64,000 nt of DNA from Minisyncoccota bacterium (GTDB taxonomy: Bacteria > Patescibacteriota > Minisyncoccia > UBA6257 > 2-01-FULL-56-20), in NCBI GenBank assembly GCA_041664245.1, contig JBAYLC010000001.1:190585-254584 (forward strand). The letters are read 5' to 3'. Below, one piece after another: positions 1 through 9,033 of this stretch (positions within the stretch are counted from its first letter, which is position 1; the number at the start of each line of letters is the position of its first letter). Both the position numbers and the translations under genes were made by a program. The notes beneath the pieces were generated by a model. That model made no database searches. It was not told where the DNA came from and saw only the letters and a program-made list of their open reading frames with translations.

Positions 1-202
1 GCGCTTTTGAGCGAGCGCTTGAGCTTTTTGACTTAACCTTAAGCGACCCTCGCTGGTTTGGCCGTAAGCAAGAAATCGCCCGCGCGCGGGAATTATTTTG
101 CGCCGCCGCGCTTAAATCAGAAGAATTTAAAACATCCCTTAATGATCTCGATAAATATTTTTTGGAATTTGCTGTGGCAGCCCAAAGAATAAAGTTATAA
201 AA

Positions 203-1111
203 ATGATAAAAAATAAAATAATTATCGACTGTGATCCCGGAGTAGATGATGCCTTAGCTATTATTTTTGTTCTTCAAAGCCCAAAACTAGAAATTCTTGG
301 GATAACCACAGTCGCGGGGAATCGCGATTTAAAATCAACGACTAGAAACGCCCTCCGCGTTTTATCAAGTTTTAATATAACTACTATTCCAGTTTGCGCT
401 GGAGCGTCAAAACCGCTGAGTCGAAATCTTTATGAACCAAAAGAAGACAGCTCTCACGGGATAGATGGTCTCGGCGATGCCAATATTCCAGAAGCAAGTT
501 TCGAGGCAAAAGAAAACGCCGTAGAATTCTTAAAAAATTTGATAGAAAAAAATCCGGGCGAAGTTTCTCTAGTTGCAATTGGTCCATTAACCAATATTGC
601 TAATGTTCTAAACGTAGTGGACCCAAAAAAAATTAAAGATATTTGGATAATGAACGGAGTTTTCTGGAAAGAAGGAAACGCCACGCCTTATGCCGAATTT
701 AACGCCTATATTGATCCCGAAGCAACAAAGATAGTTTATGAATCGGGAGTGCCAATATATGCGGTTGGGTTAGATGCTACTGACCAGTTTAGTCTAAGTC
801 GCGCTGAATTTGAAAAATTAAAAGAGATAAAAACTTTTCAAGCTCAATTCGTCAGCAAGATTTTTGATTGGGCTTTCAAACGTCGCGAACGTGAAAAATA
901 TGCGGTTTTTTGGGATTTCCTTACAGTCTTCTGGTTGTTAAACCGAAGTCTAATTTCTTCACGGCATGGCAAAGTTGAAGTTGAGATTTCCGGAGAACAA
1001 GAAGGTCAAACAAAATTTATAGAAACAAATGATGGGCAAGTAGAAGTCGCCGAGAAATTAGACATAAACCAATGTCAAAAAATATTTTTTGAATTTTTTA
1101 ATGCCATTTGA
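203..1111 (+). CDS. Inosine-uridine preferring nucleoside hydrolase (IUNH family)
   Basis: N-terminal DCDPGVDDALAI aspartate cluster typical of IU-nucleoside hydrolases; 302 aa. Confidence 0.85.
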   Translation: MIKNKIIIDCDPGVDDALAIIFVLQSPKLEILGITTVAGNRDLKSTTRNALRVLSSFNITTIPVCAGASKPLSRNLYEPKEDSSHGIDGLGDANIPEASFEAKENAVEFLKNLIEKNPGEVSLVAIGPLTNIANVLNVVDPKKIKDIWIMNGVFWKEGNATPYAEFNAYIDPEATKIVYESGVPIYAVGLDATDQFSLSRAEFEKLKEIKTFQAQFVSKIFDWAFKRREREKYAVFWDFLTVFWLLNRSLISSRHGKVEVEISGEQEGQTKFIETNDGQVEVAEKLDINQCQKIFFEFFNAI

Positions 1112-1565
1112 ACCAAAATTTATTCCCAAATCTGGTCAAATTGACTTCACCAACATCCGCCGCGCGCCGGTCATAAATTGCCTCGTCAAATATAAAGACA
1201 ATATTTTACTCCTCAAAAGAAGTAAGAAAATGCGCCTCTATCCCGGTTATTGGAGTGGTGTATCTGGATTTTTAGATGACGATCAAGGCGTTGAGGCGAA
1301 AGTGAGAGAAGAATTGAAAGAAGAATTAGGAATCAGCAAGGAAGATATTTTGTCTATTAAACAGGGCGAAGTTTTTGAAAGAGAAGAAGAAAAATATCAA
1401 AAGACGTGGGTAGTCCATCCGATCTTCGTTAGCTTAAAAACCGATAAAATCAGATTAGATTGGGAGGCGGAAGAATATGTTTGGGCATCTCCAAAAGAAA
1501 TTAAGAATTTTGATGTCATTCCCGGATTCGAAAAAATCCTAAAATCATTTGATTTAATGATCTAA
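1101..1565 (+). CDS. NUDIX hydrolase
   Basis: Nudix box GFLDDDQGVEAKVREELKEELGI (GX5EX7REUXEEXGU); ORF track start 1089 overlaps upstream stop, ATG at 1101 preferred. Confidence 0.8.
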   Translation: MPFEPKFIPKSGQIDFTNIRRAPVINCLVKYKDNILLLKRSKKMRLYPGYWSGVSGFLDDDQGVEAKVREELKEELGISKEDILSIKQGEVFEREEEKYQKTWVVHPIFVSLKTDKIRLDWEAEEYVWASPKEIKNFDVIPGFEKILKSFDLMI

Positions 1566-1645
1566 AATCACTAATAATAAGAAAGGCCCGCCCTCCGTAG
1601 CTTGCCTGTCCTTTGTAGCTTTAGCGAAGGAGGAAGCGAAGGAGG

Positions 1646-1670
1646 GTAACTTTCTTATAGTAATAGCGTA
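1646..1670 (+). promoter_or_regulatory. ECF-type promoter (GTAAC-N16-CGTA) ending 6 nt before the sigma-factor ATG; likely autoregulated, leaderless
   Basis: AAC at 1648-1650, 16-nt spacer, CGTA 1667-1670; ATG at 1677; matches AAC-N16/17-CGT ECF promoter architecture. Confidence 0.45.
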
Positions 1671-1676
1671 CTACCA

Positions 1677-2231
1677 ATGAGAATCTTCTCCCAAAAAAGC
1701 GAGTTTAATAAACTCGCAAAAAGAATGAAATCCGGTGACGAAGCCGCTGCCGCCGAACTTTATGAAAAACTCTCAAGTAAGGTTTTCGGTTTTTGTATGA
1801 ATAGAGTCAAACTGAAATCTGAAGCTGAAGATTTGACTCAGGAAATTTTCTTGAAGCTGGTTTTCAATATTGATCAATTTGATGATAAAAAAGGGAATTT
1901 CTTGGTCTGGTTTTGGCAGTTATCACGCAATGCCGTGATTGATTCTTATCGGAAGCAAAAAGATCTTACCTTTAGTGATGTGGCGAACGAAGATGGCGAG
2001 TTCGACCACCCCGCCAACGTTAATGTCCAAGAATCAACAGAAAGAAATATGGCTTTAGCTAAAGTTAAAGATTTTATAAAATCTTTAAAACCGGAAGAGC
2101 AAGAGCTTTTCGAATTGCGTTTTGTAGCCGATCTACCATACCGAGAGATCGCCAATCTCCTGAAGCGCCCGGAAGGGAATCTTCGGGTTGCCGCCAACCG
2201 GCTTCGCCAGAAAATTAAAGAATTGGTTTGA
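1677..2231 (+). CDS. ECF-family RNA polymerase sigma factor (sigma-70 regions 2 and 4)
   Basis: Region 2 (DLTQEIFLKL...FLVWFWQLSRNAVIDSYRKQ) and region 4 HTH (LPYREIANLLKRPEGNLRVAANRLRQKI). Confidence 0.85.
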   Translation: MRIFSQKSEFNKLAKRMKSGDEAAAAELYEKLSSKVFGFCMNRVKLKSEAEDLTQEIFLKLVFNIDQFDDKKGNFLVWFWQLSRNAVIDSYRKQKDLTFSDVANEDGEFDHPANVNVQESTERNMALAKVKDFIKSLKPEEQELFELRFVADLPYREIANLLKRPEGNLRVAANRLRQKIKELV

Positions 2232-2239
2232 ATAATTAA

Positions 2240-3094
2240 ATGAAAATATTTCGTCACATTTTTAAGATGGATAAAGAAACGGACACTAAAATTAAAAGCG
2301 TCTACCTCCAAGCGTTTCGAGAAAAATACGGCAACGCCCTAAAGCCCAATTTAGCTTTTGCTTTTCGGTTTCGTTATTTTGTTCGCGGTGCCGGTGCCGG
2401 TATTGCGTTTATGTTGATATTTTTTGCTTTTTCCACTTATGCCGATCAGCAAAACGTTGGCGCGGGGAGTATTCTTTATCCTCTTAAACGCTCCCAGGAA
2501 AGCGTGCGCATGAGTCTAACCGGCGCCGCTAGCCAGCCCGCTCTTCACTTAGAATTTGCTCAGCGTCGGCTTGCCGAAATCAAAGATGTTAAATCTAAAG
2601 ATCCTCAAAATCCCCAAATCAAAACTTTAAATAATGATTTAAAAAAAGAAATTACCGAATCAATCGCGACCATTCAGGAAGACGTTATTGAAGCCACAAA
2701 TTCCATAAGAGATATCCAAAGTGGCTCGGCCGCTTCAGCGCCCAATCCAGTCGCCGTTCCAATTCTAAATATTCCAGCTAATCAAATAACACCGCGATAT
2801 CCCATTGTTTCTACCGCTTCAATAAATCAAGTTTCTCCTCCAAAGTCCCCCGAAAATTATAATCCGGGCGGCCAGATTAATTTCGAAAAATCCGATCACG
2901 AAAAAGAAGCTGATAAAAAACGCGCCGATATTTGTGAATCTTGGACGGAGATAATCGAAAGCGAAGAAGGTGGCGTTAGAGAAGCTATTAGTAATGAACC
3001 TAGTTTTGTCACTCACTTTAACGAAAAGTGTGGTGGATCATTTCAATTTCCAAAGATTCCACCTGAATCTAATAAATCAGATTCCGGCGACTAG
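2240..3094 (+). CDS. Membrane-anchored protein immediately downstream of ECF sigma; putative anti-sigma factor (DUF5667-like)
   Basis: Single TM segment (GAGAGIAFMLIFFAFSTYA), gene position after ECF sigma, LYPLKR motif; function inferred from context only. Confidence 0.45.
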   Translation: MKIFRHIFKMDKETDTKIKSVYLQAFREKYGNALKPNLAFAFRFRYFVRGAGAGIAFMLIFFAFSTYADQQNVGAGSILYPLKRSQESVRMSLTGAASQPALHLEFAQRRLAEIKDVKSKDPQNPQIKTLNNDLKKEITESIATIQEDVIEATNSIRDIQSGSAASAPNPVAVPILNIPANQITPRYPIVSTASINQVSPPKSPENYNPGGQINFEKSDHEKEADKKRADICESWTEIIESEEGGVREAISNEPSFVTHFNEKCGGSFQFPKIPPESNKSDSGD

Positions 3095-3133
3095 ATCTTT
3101 ATTTTTTCGATAATATCTGATAGCATCATTCTC

Positions 3134-3655
3134 ATGAACAAAGAAACCATTATTCCCATTCTCGTCATTATCATCCTTTTAGTCGGTATAGTTTATGCCA
3201 TTACGCTTATTAATAAACCTAGCAGCGAATTAGTAAAAAATCTGACCGAAGGACCAACGAAAGCGCCGACCGACGCTGATCTTCTAGCCGCCGCCGAAGC
3301 GGACGGACTAATCGTTAATGATGTTATCGAGGGGAAAGGGGACGGGGCAAAGAAAGGAGAAGTCGTATCAGTCAATTATATCGGCACTCTTCTTAACGGT
3401 GTAAAATTTGATAGCTCTTACGACCGCAATCAACCATTTGAATTTACACTGGGCGGGGGACAAGTCATTGCTGGTTGGGATCTTGGTGTTTTAGGAATGA
3501 AAGTTGGCGGTAAAAGAGAATTAACCATTCCCGCCAAATACGCCTACGGCGATCAAGCCCAAGGAAAAATCCCCGCCAGTTCCACTCTAAAGTTCACGAT
3601 TGAATTACTATCCAAGAAAAATCCCGGCGATCAAATTCTCAAAATTGGCCAATAA
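3134..3655 (+). CDS. FKBP-type peptidyl-prolyl cis-trans isomerase, membrane-anchored
   Basis: N-terminal TM helix plus canonical FKBP domain (VNYIGTLLNGVKFDSSYDRNQPFEFTLGGGQVIAGWDLGVLGMKVGGKRELTIP). Confidence 0.9.
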   Translation: MNKETIIPILVIIILLVGIVYAITLINKPSSELVKNLTEGPTKAPTDADLLAAAEADGLIVNDVIEGKGDGAKKGEVVSVNYIGTLLNGVKFDSSYDRNQPFEFTLGGGQVIAGWDLGVLGMKVGGKRELTIPAKYAYGDQAQGKIPASSTLKFTIELLSKKNPGDQILKIGQ

Positions 3656-3690
3656 AAAAGCGGCGGACTGATTTGTCCGCCGTAGTGTCT
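3655..3690. terminator. Bidirectional intrinsic terminator between convergent genes
   Basis: GCGGCGGAC-tgattt-GTCCGCCG hairpin flanked by A-run upstream and U-rich downstream. Confidence 0.6.
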
Positions 3691-3708
3691 CTTCTCGATC
3701 GGTTACAC

Positions 3709-3975
3709 CTACTCCCTAATTGTGTGTGGATCAATGAAGTATTCTTCTTTTGATGTTTCCCCTTGAGAATGTAGTTTGATTCCGGCAAGAACTTCCACAT
3801 TCATACCCTTTGTGCAGAATCTCACATTTCCAGTAAGCAACACCGCTGTTCCGGCCATCACATCACGAGTACTTGTCGTGAAAGAACTTCCGCTTCCAGT
3901 GAACTGATATACTGTAACAGTGGCTGGCCAGGTGGTGAGCTCTAGGCCATTAACCTCTTTTGGGGTTTTATACAT
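3709..3975 (-). CDS. Hypothetical small protein (88 aa)
   Basis: ORF with GGAGGA SD 5 nt upstream of ATG at 3975 (MYKTPKEV...); no recognisable domain. Confidence 0.5.
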   Translation of the reverse strand: MYKTPKEVNGLELTTWPATVTVYQFTGSGSSFTTSTRDVMAGTAVLLTGNVRFCTKGMNVEVLAGIKLHSQGETSKEEYFIDPHTIRE

Positions 3976-4105
3976 CGGTATCCTCCAAAGATTTAAAAAA
4001 TTCCTAGGCACATTATACTAAATACACCGAAAAAGTCAACCAGGTAGTGAAATTTCGACCTCACCGAGAAATTTCCAGTCGAAATTCTACTACCCGGTCA
4101 AGTTT

Positions 4106-6154
4106 ATGGAATTTAAACTAGAATCAAAATATAAACCAGCCGGTGACCAGCCCCAAGCTATCGCCGACTTGGTGGCGGGAATCAAAAAAGGATATCGCGA
4201 CCAGACTCTTTTGGGCGTCACCGGTAGCGGTAAAACCTTTACCGTCGCTAATGTAATTGCCCAGATTAATAAACCCGCGCTGGTTATCGCCCACAATAAA
4301 ACTCTTGCCGCCCAGCTTTGCAACGAATTCCGTGAACTGTTTCCCAATAATTCGGTTAATTATTTTGTTTCCTATTACGACTACTACCAGCCAGAAGCCT
4401 ATATGCCGACCACTGATACCTATATCGACAAAGAAGCCTTAATTAACGACGAGATCGATAAACTCCGCCACGCTGCGACCACCGCGCTCCTAACCCGTCG
4501 GGATGTTATCGTTGTCGCTTCGGTTTCTTGTATCTACGGTCTTGGCGCGCCCGAGGTTTACGCCCAAAATATTTTCAAACTAAAAATCGGCGATGAAATT
4601 AAACGCCAAATTTTTGCCCGCCGTTTAGTCGAACTTCAATACAGTCGCACTAATTCCGATTTAAAGCGCGGCACATTTCGCCTCCGCGGCGAGCAGTGGG
4701 AAATAATGCCGCCCGATCGGGAATTAATTTACACTTTCGAAATCAAAGGCGGAATAATTAAAGAAATTTACGAAGTGGATCCGGTCAAGGGTTTTCAACC
4801 GGGAAGCACCCCGAAATTAGATAAAGTAATTATCGCCCCCGCCAAGCATTTTATCACTCCACCAGAAGACAGGGAGCGAGCCATCAAAGCCATCAAAGAT
4901 GAACTTAGAGAACGTCTCAAATATTTTGAAAAAAACGGAAAACTCTTAGAAGCCGAAAGATTAGAGCGAAGAACAAAATTTGATTTAGCAATGATGAAAG
5001 AGGTTGGTTATTGCCACGGTATTGAAAACTACTCGCGCCACCTCTCTGGCCGATCGGCTGGCGAAGCGCCGGATACACTCCTGGATTATTTCCCAAAAAC
5101 CGAATCCGGCGAAGCCGATTTTTTGACGATTATTGACGAATCCCATGTCACTGTTCCGCAAATTAGAGGGATGTATTTCGGTGATGCTTCAAGAAAAAAA
5201 ACATTAGTTGAATATGGTTTCCGTTTGCCGTCCGCCTCCGACAATCGGCCGCTAAAGTTTAATGAGTTTGAATCTCGCATTGCGCAGGTAATCTATACTT
5301 CTGCTACCCCCGCCGAATTTGAACGAGAGAAAAGTCAGAAGATTATAGAGCAAATTATTCGCCCGACCGGTTTAGTTGATCCCAAAATCACCGTTCGTCC
5401 GGTTCGCGGGCAGATTGATGATTTGATTCCACGAATAGAAGATCGAGTCGCCAAAAAAGAGCGGGTCTTGGTAACAACCTTAACCAAAAAAATGGCGGAA
5501 GATTTGACTGACTATCTGAATGAATTAAATAAGAAAAAAACAAATCCAAAAGAAAGTCGTAATTTTAAATCTAAAGTTAAAGTTGCGTATCTCCATAGCG
5601 ACGTTAAAACTTTAGATAGAATCAGAATTCTAACCTCGCTTCGAAAAAGGGAGTATGACGTTCTAGTTGGCGTCAATCTTTTAAGAGAGGGTCTCGATTT
5701 GCCGGAAGTTTCTTTAGTCGCAATTTTAGATGCCGACAAAGAAGGATTTTTAAGAAGCGAAACTTCGCTTATCCAAACTATTGGCCGGGCCGCTCGTAAC
5801 GCGCAAGGGGAAGTTTTAATGTACGCCGATAATATTACCGGTTCTATAAAGCGAGCCATTGATGAAACCGAGCGCCGTCGCGTCATACAATTGGCCTACA
5901 ATAAAAAACATGGCATCACACCTAAAACTATCATTAAGGCAATTAAAGATATTCTTCCGGATGCCGGCGCCGCTCTGAAGCTTGAACTAAAGCCAGTCCA
6001 GAAATCTAAAGCCAGCTTGGAAAAATTGATTAAGCAAAAAGAAAAAGAGATGAGGGAGGCGGCTAGCCAGCTTGATTTTGAGTTGGCCGCTCTACTACGC
6101 GATGAAATAAGGGCACTAACTAAAAAAGTAAAAGAAAAAGTTGAGTCGTCCTAA
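4106..6154 (+). CDS. uvrB: Excinuclease ABC subunit B (UvrB)
   Basis: Helicase motifs ([11 protein letters not shown]), beta-hairpin region, C-terminal UVR domain; 682 aa. Confidence 0.97.
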   Translation: MEFKLESKYKPAGDQPQAIADLVAGIKKGYRDQTLLGVTGSGKTFTVANVIAQINKPALVIAHNKTLAAQLCNEFRELFPNNSVNYFVSYYDYYQPEAYMPTTDTYIDKEALINDEIDKLRHAATTALLTRRDVIVVASVSCIYGLGAPEVYAQNIFKLKIGDEIKRQIFARRLVELQYSRTNSDLKRGTFRLRGEQWEIMPPDRELIYTFEIKGGIIKEIYEVDPVKGFQPGSTPKLDKVIIAPAKHFITPPEDRERAIKAIKDELRERLKYFEKNGKLLEAERLERRTKFDLAMMKEVGYCHGIENYSRHLSGRSAGEAPDTLLDYFPKTESGEADFLTIIDESHVTVPQIRGMYFGDASRKKTLVEYGFRLPSASDNRPLKFNEFESRIAQVIYTSATPAEFEREKSQKIIEQIIRPTGLVDPKITVRPVRGQIDDLIPRIEDRVAKKERVLVTTLTKKMAEDLTDYLNELNKKKTNPKESRNFKSKVKVAYLHSDVKTLDRIRILTSLRKREYDVLVGVNLLREGLDLPEVSLVAILDADKEGFLRSETSLIQTIGRAARNAQGEVLMYADNITGSIKRAIDETERRRVIQLAYNKKHGITPKTIIKAIKDILPDAGAALKLELKPVQKSKASLEKLIKQKEKEMREAASQLDFELAALLRDEIRALTKKVKEKVESS

Positions 6155-6221
6155 ATTTTAGAACCTTCTTCCTTGGGACGACGAAATCCCGCACCAAAGG
6201 TTGTGGTGCGGGAAAAGGGAA

Positions 6222-6308
6222 ATGCGCGAAGCGGCCAAGGAATTGAACTTCGAATTAGCCGCAATTTTAAGAGACGAAATCCGTGTCTTGACAAAAAAAT
6301 TAAAATAA
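6222..6308 (+). CDS. 28-aa stand-alone UVR-domain micropeptide (paralog of UvrB C-terminus)
   Basis: MREAAKELNFELAAILRDEIRVLTKKLK versus UvrB tail [28 protein letters not shown]; not in ORF track (below 60 aa); SD-like GGAAAAGGGAA upstream. Confidence 0.5.
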   Translation: MREAAKELNFELAAILRDEIRVLTKKLK

Positions 6309-6329
6309 GATGGCTGCTTATCGTCAATA

Positions 6330-6358
6330 TTGACAAAATATTTCTAAGACGCTATAAT
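6330..6358 (+). promoter_or_regulatory. Consensus sigma70 promoter TTGACA-N17-TATAAT for the flotillin gene
   Basis: TTGACA 6330-6335, 17-nt spacer, TATAAT 6353-6358; AAGGAGG SD at 6428-6434; GTG start 6439. Confidence 0.7.
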
Positions 6359-6438
6359 ATCACCAGCAAAAAATTGAGTGTTTTGATTTCAAAACCATCA
6401 ATTCACTTAACCATTTTACAACCTAATAAGGAGGTCAG

Positions 6439-8853
6439 GTGTTACATCAGCCTGTGTCGCTTCTCTTTCCGGCAATCGGAATTGGAGCAGTGCTTTTTCT
6501 CATTGTGATCCTTAAGTCTTTTGTCATCGCAAAAGGCAATCAGATCATCACCCTTGAGAGACGTTGGTTCGGCGCGCAAATGCCGGACGGGCGTACGGTC
6601 GCTCTAAGCAACGAAGTTGGTCTCCAAGCTAGAGTGCTTGGACCGGGATTTCACTTTCTCATACCTTTTTTGTACAAAACGAAAAAGCATGATTTTCTAG
6701 TAATCTCAGCGAATCATGTCGGTATGGTGAGAGCAATCACCGGTGCGCCAATGCCATCAGGAAGTATCATGGCCAAACCGATTGACTGTGATTTATTTCA
6801 AGACGGCGAATTGTTTCTCCAGAACGGCGGCGAAAAGGGCCCTCAGCTCAGTATTCTCCCCGAGGGCGAATACAAAATCAACCCGCACTTATTTAGTATC
6901 GACATTGTCCAAGCTGTCATGATCGAAGACAGCGAAGTCGGTTACGTTGAATCAATTGCAGGAGAACCGGTCAAACGTGAAGGCGGCAATTTCGGTTCGC
7001 CAGTCGATTGCGACAATTTTCAGGATGCAGCAGCATTCATGAAAAATGGCGGGCAAAAAGGTCCTCAAATTTCCTTCCTTGTTCCCGGTCTCTATCGAGT
7101 CAATACGATCTTGTTCAAAGTGGAGAAGAAACCGATCACTGAGATACAAGGTGGTAAAGTCGGACTGATCGAAGCAACTGACGGCGCAAGAATTCCCGAA
7201 GGACGACTTCTCGCCAAAAGAGTGGAAGGCCACAATAACTTCAATGACGGCCAGGCGTTTATCGAAAAAGGTGGCGAGAAAGGTCGTCAGCTCGACGTTT
7301 TGATGCCGGGCAGATATCGTTTGAATCCAGCCCTATTCAGAGTCGTCGAAGTTGTCGACTGGACACATGTCCAGGCCGACGAAGTCGGTATTGTCACAAT
7401 CAACGAGGGGAAGCCAATCACGGATCCTTTGAAGATTGCGGCAGAAGAACTTCCGCTTGAGAAACACAACAACTTCCAAGACCCGCAGGCATTCATAACG
7501 GCGGGCGGACAAAAGGGATTGCAGATTCCAGTATTGCGTGCTGGTAATTATGCCATCAACCCATGGTTCGCCACCATCAAAAAAGTGCCGATGACCAAGG
7601 TGGCTATTGGCGAATGTGGTGTTGTCACAAGTTATGTCGGTGAGGACGGTGCTGACACAACAGATGAGGCCGTGAATGCCAAGATCGTCAAAAACGGATG
7701 CAGAGGTATCTGGGCAGAACCGTTGCAGCCCGGAATGCATCCGATCAATACGAGTATCTGCAAAGTTGACATCGTGCCTACCACGCAGATTCTGCTGAAT
7801 TGGGCGGATAATCGTTCGAGCGCGCATGAGCTCGACGAGAACCTGAAGACCATCACGCTACGAACCGCGGACGCATTCAGCGTGAATATGGACGTAAGCG
7901 TGATTATCCATATTCCCATGCAGAACGCGCCCAAGGTAATTGCCAATCTCGGATCAATGCAGAACATGATTTCTCAGGTCCTAGAACCGGCGATAAGTTC
8001 ACACTTCAGAAATGCCGCGCAGTACATCGAGGCGCTCGATCTGTACACTAAACGGAAAGAGCTTCAAGATGCCGCGAAAAAGCACATCGACGAAGTGTTG
8101 AAGACGCATCATATCGATTCACGTGATACTCTCATCGCGGACGTGGTATTGCCGATTGAACTCACTAAAACGGTTTCCGACCGGCAAATTGCGGAACAGG
8201 AGAAGAAAACCTACGGAGTGCAGAAGGAAGCTCAAAATACAAGAAGAGAGCTTGAGAACGCAACGGCGCAAGCCAATATGCAGACTGAAGTTGTGAAATC
8301 CGAGCGAAATGTTGAAATTGCGAGGAACGTCGCTGACGGAAAGGTGAATGAAGCCACAGGCGCAAGACAGGCAGCAATTTTACACGCGGAAGGCGCGGCC
8401 GAAGCGGTTAAGATCACTGCTGCCGCAAATGCAGAAGCAACGAAGGTGAACGCGGAAGCCAATGCCGAAGCAATCACTAAGGTTGGCAACGCCGAAGCAG
8501 AGGTTATTCTTGCTAAAGGAACATCAACTGCAAAAGCTTACGAGCTCGAAGTCAAGGCGATGGGCGAGAAGAACTTCGGCCAGATCCGTGTCGTCAACGC
8601 AATCGCCGAAAAGGGTGTAAAGCTGATACCGGACAATCTAGTCATTGGCGGCGGAGGCGGAAACGGAAGTGGCGATCTTATTGGCAGCTTCTTAGGACTT
8701 CGTCTTCTTGAGCAGCTGTCTGGTAAACCGTTCGCTGTCAGCGTTCCGAAAACTGACGAGGTGACCACTACGAAAGTAGACGAAGCCAGCGCTACGGGAA
8801 CCGACCTTAAAAAGGAAGGCCCCCAATCTGGTTCCGACAAGAAGAAATCGTAA
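6439..8853 (+). CDS. Flotillin-like SPFH/Band-7 protein with N-terminal tandem repeat expansion and EA-repeat coiled-coil tail
   Basis: N-terminal TM; SPFH start (GPGFHFLIPF); 4-5 repeats of NFQD..AF...GG.KG.Q...L.PG.Y..NP.LF; flotillin EA repeats (AEANAEAITKVGNAEAEVILAKG). Confidence 0.8.
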   Translation: MLHQPVSLLFPAIGIGAVLFLIVILKSFVIAKGNQIITLERRWFGAQMPDGRTVALSNEVGLQARVLGPGFHFLIPFLYKTKKHDFLVISANHVGMVRAITGAPMPSGSIMAKPIDCDLFQDGELFLQNGGEKGPQLSILPEGEYKINPHLFSIDIVQAVMIEDSEVGYVESIAGEPVKREGGNFGSPVDCDNFQDAAAFMKNGGQKGPQISFLVPGLYRVNTILFKVEKKPITEIQGGKVGLIEATDGARIPEGRLLAKRVEGHNNFNDGQAFIEKGGEKGRQLDVLMPGRYRLNPALFRVVEVVDWTHVQADEVGIVTINEGKPITDPLKIAAEELPLEKHNNFQDPQAFITAGGQKGLQIPVLRAGNYAINPWFATIKKVPMTKVAIGECGVVTSYVGEDGADTTDEAVNAKIVKNGCRGIWAEPLQPGMHPINTSICKVDIVPTTQILLNWADNRSSAHELDENLKTITLRTADAFSVNMDVSVIIHIPMQNAPKVIANLGSMQNMISQVLEPAISSHFRNAAQYIEALDLYTKRKELQDAAKKHIDEVLKTHHIDSRDTLIADVVLPIELTKTVSDRQIAEQEKKTYGVQKEAQNTRRELENATAQANMQTEVVKSERNVEIARNVADGKVNEATGARQAAILHAEGAAEAVKITAAANAEATKVNAEANAEAITKVGNAEAEVILAKGTSTAKAYELEVKAMGEKNFGQIRVVNAIAEKGVKLIPDNLVIGGGGGNGSGDLIGSFLGLRLLEQLSGKPFAVSVPKTDEVTTTKVDEASATGTDLKKEGPQSGSDKKKS

Positions 8854-8871
8854 TAATTTGTAACTTAGCAA

Positions 8872-8905
8872 CCCACCCTGTTGGATACAGGGTGGGCTTT
8901 TTTTT
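8872..8905 (+). terminator. Intrinsic terminator after flotillin gene
   Basis: CCCACCCTG-ttggata-CAGGGTGGG followed by T9. Confidence 0.8.
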
Positions 8906-9033
8906 GCCTTTTTAAAATCCTTACATTAAACTCTTCTGTATCTACCCCCTATAGGTCCAAGACTGGGGGCAGTTCTCGTATTCATATAAAACCATAATTC
9001 GTAATTCTTTATTCCTAATTCACGTTTAACAAA

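Noticed and set aside
4011-4105. Canonical LexA/SOS box (CGAACN4GTTCG or CTGT-N8-ACAG) upstream of uvrB, uvrA, uvrC
   Set aside because: No match in any of the three upstream regions; only the novel GAAATTTCGAC palindrome at uvrB was seen.
6173-6508. ORF-track CDS (111 aa) spanning the uvrB-flotillin intergenic region
   Set aside because: Wrong frame relative to the UVR-like peptide, runs through the consensus promoter and SD of the flotillin gene; replaced by the 28-codon ORF 6222..6308.
6952-8840. Five minus-strand ORFs (93-164 aa) inside the flotillin gene
   Set aside because: Antisense to a well-supported CDS with repeat structure; GC-richer coding region naturally lacks stops on the opposite strand.
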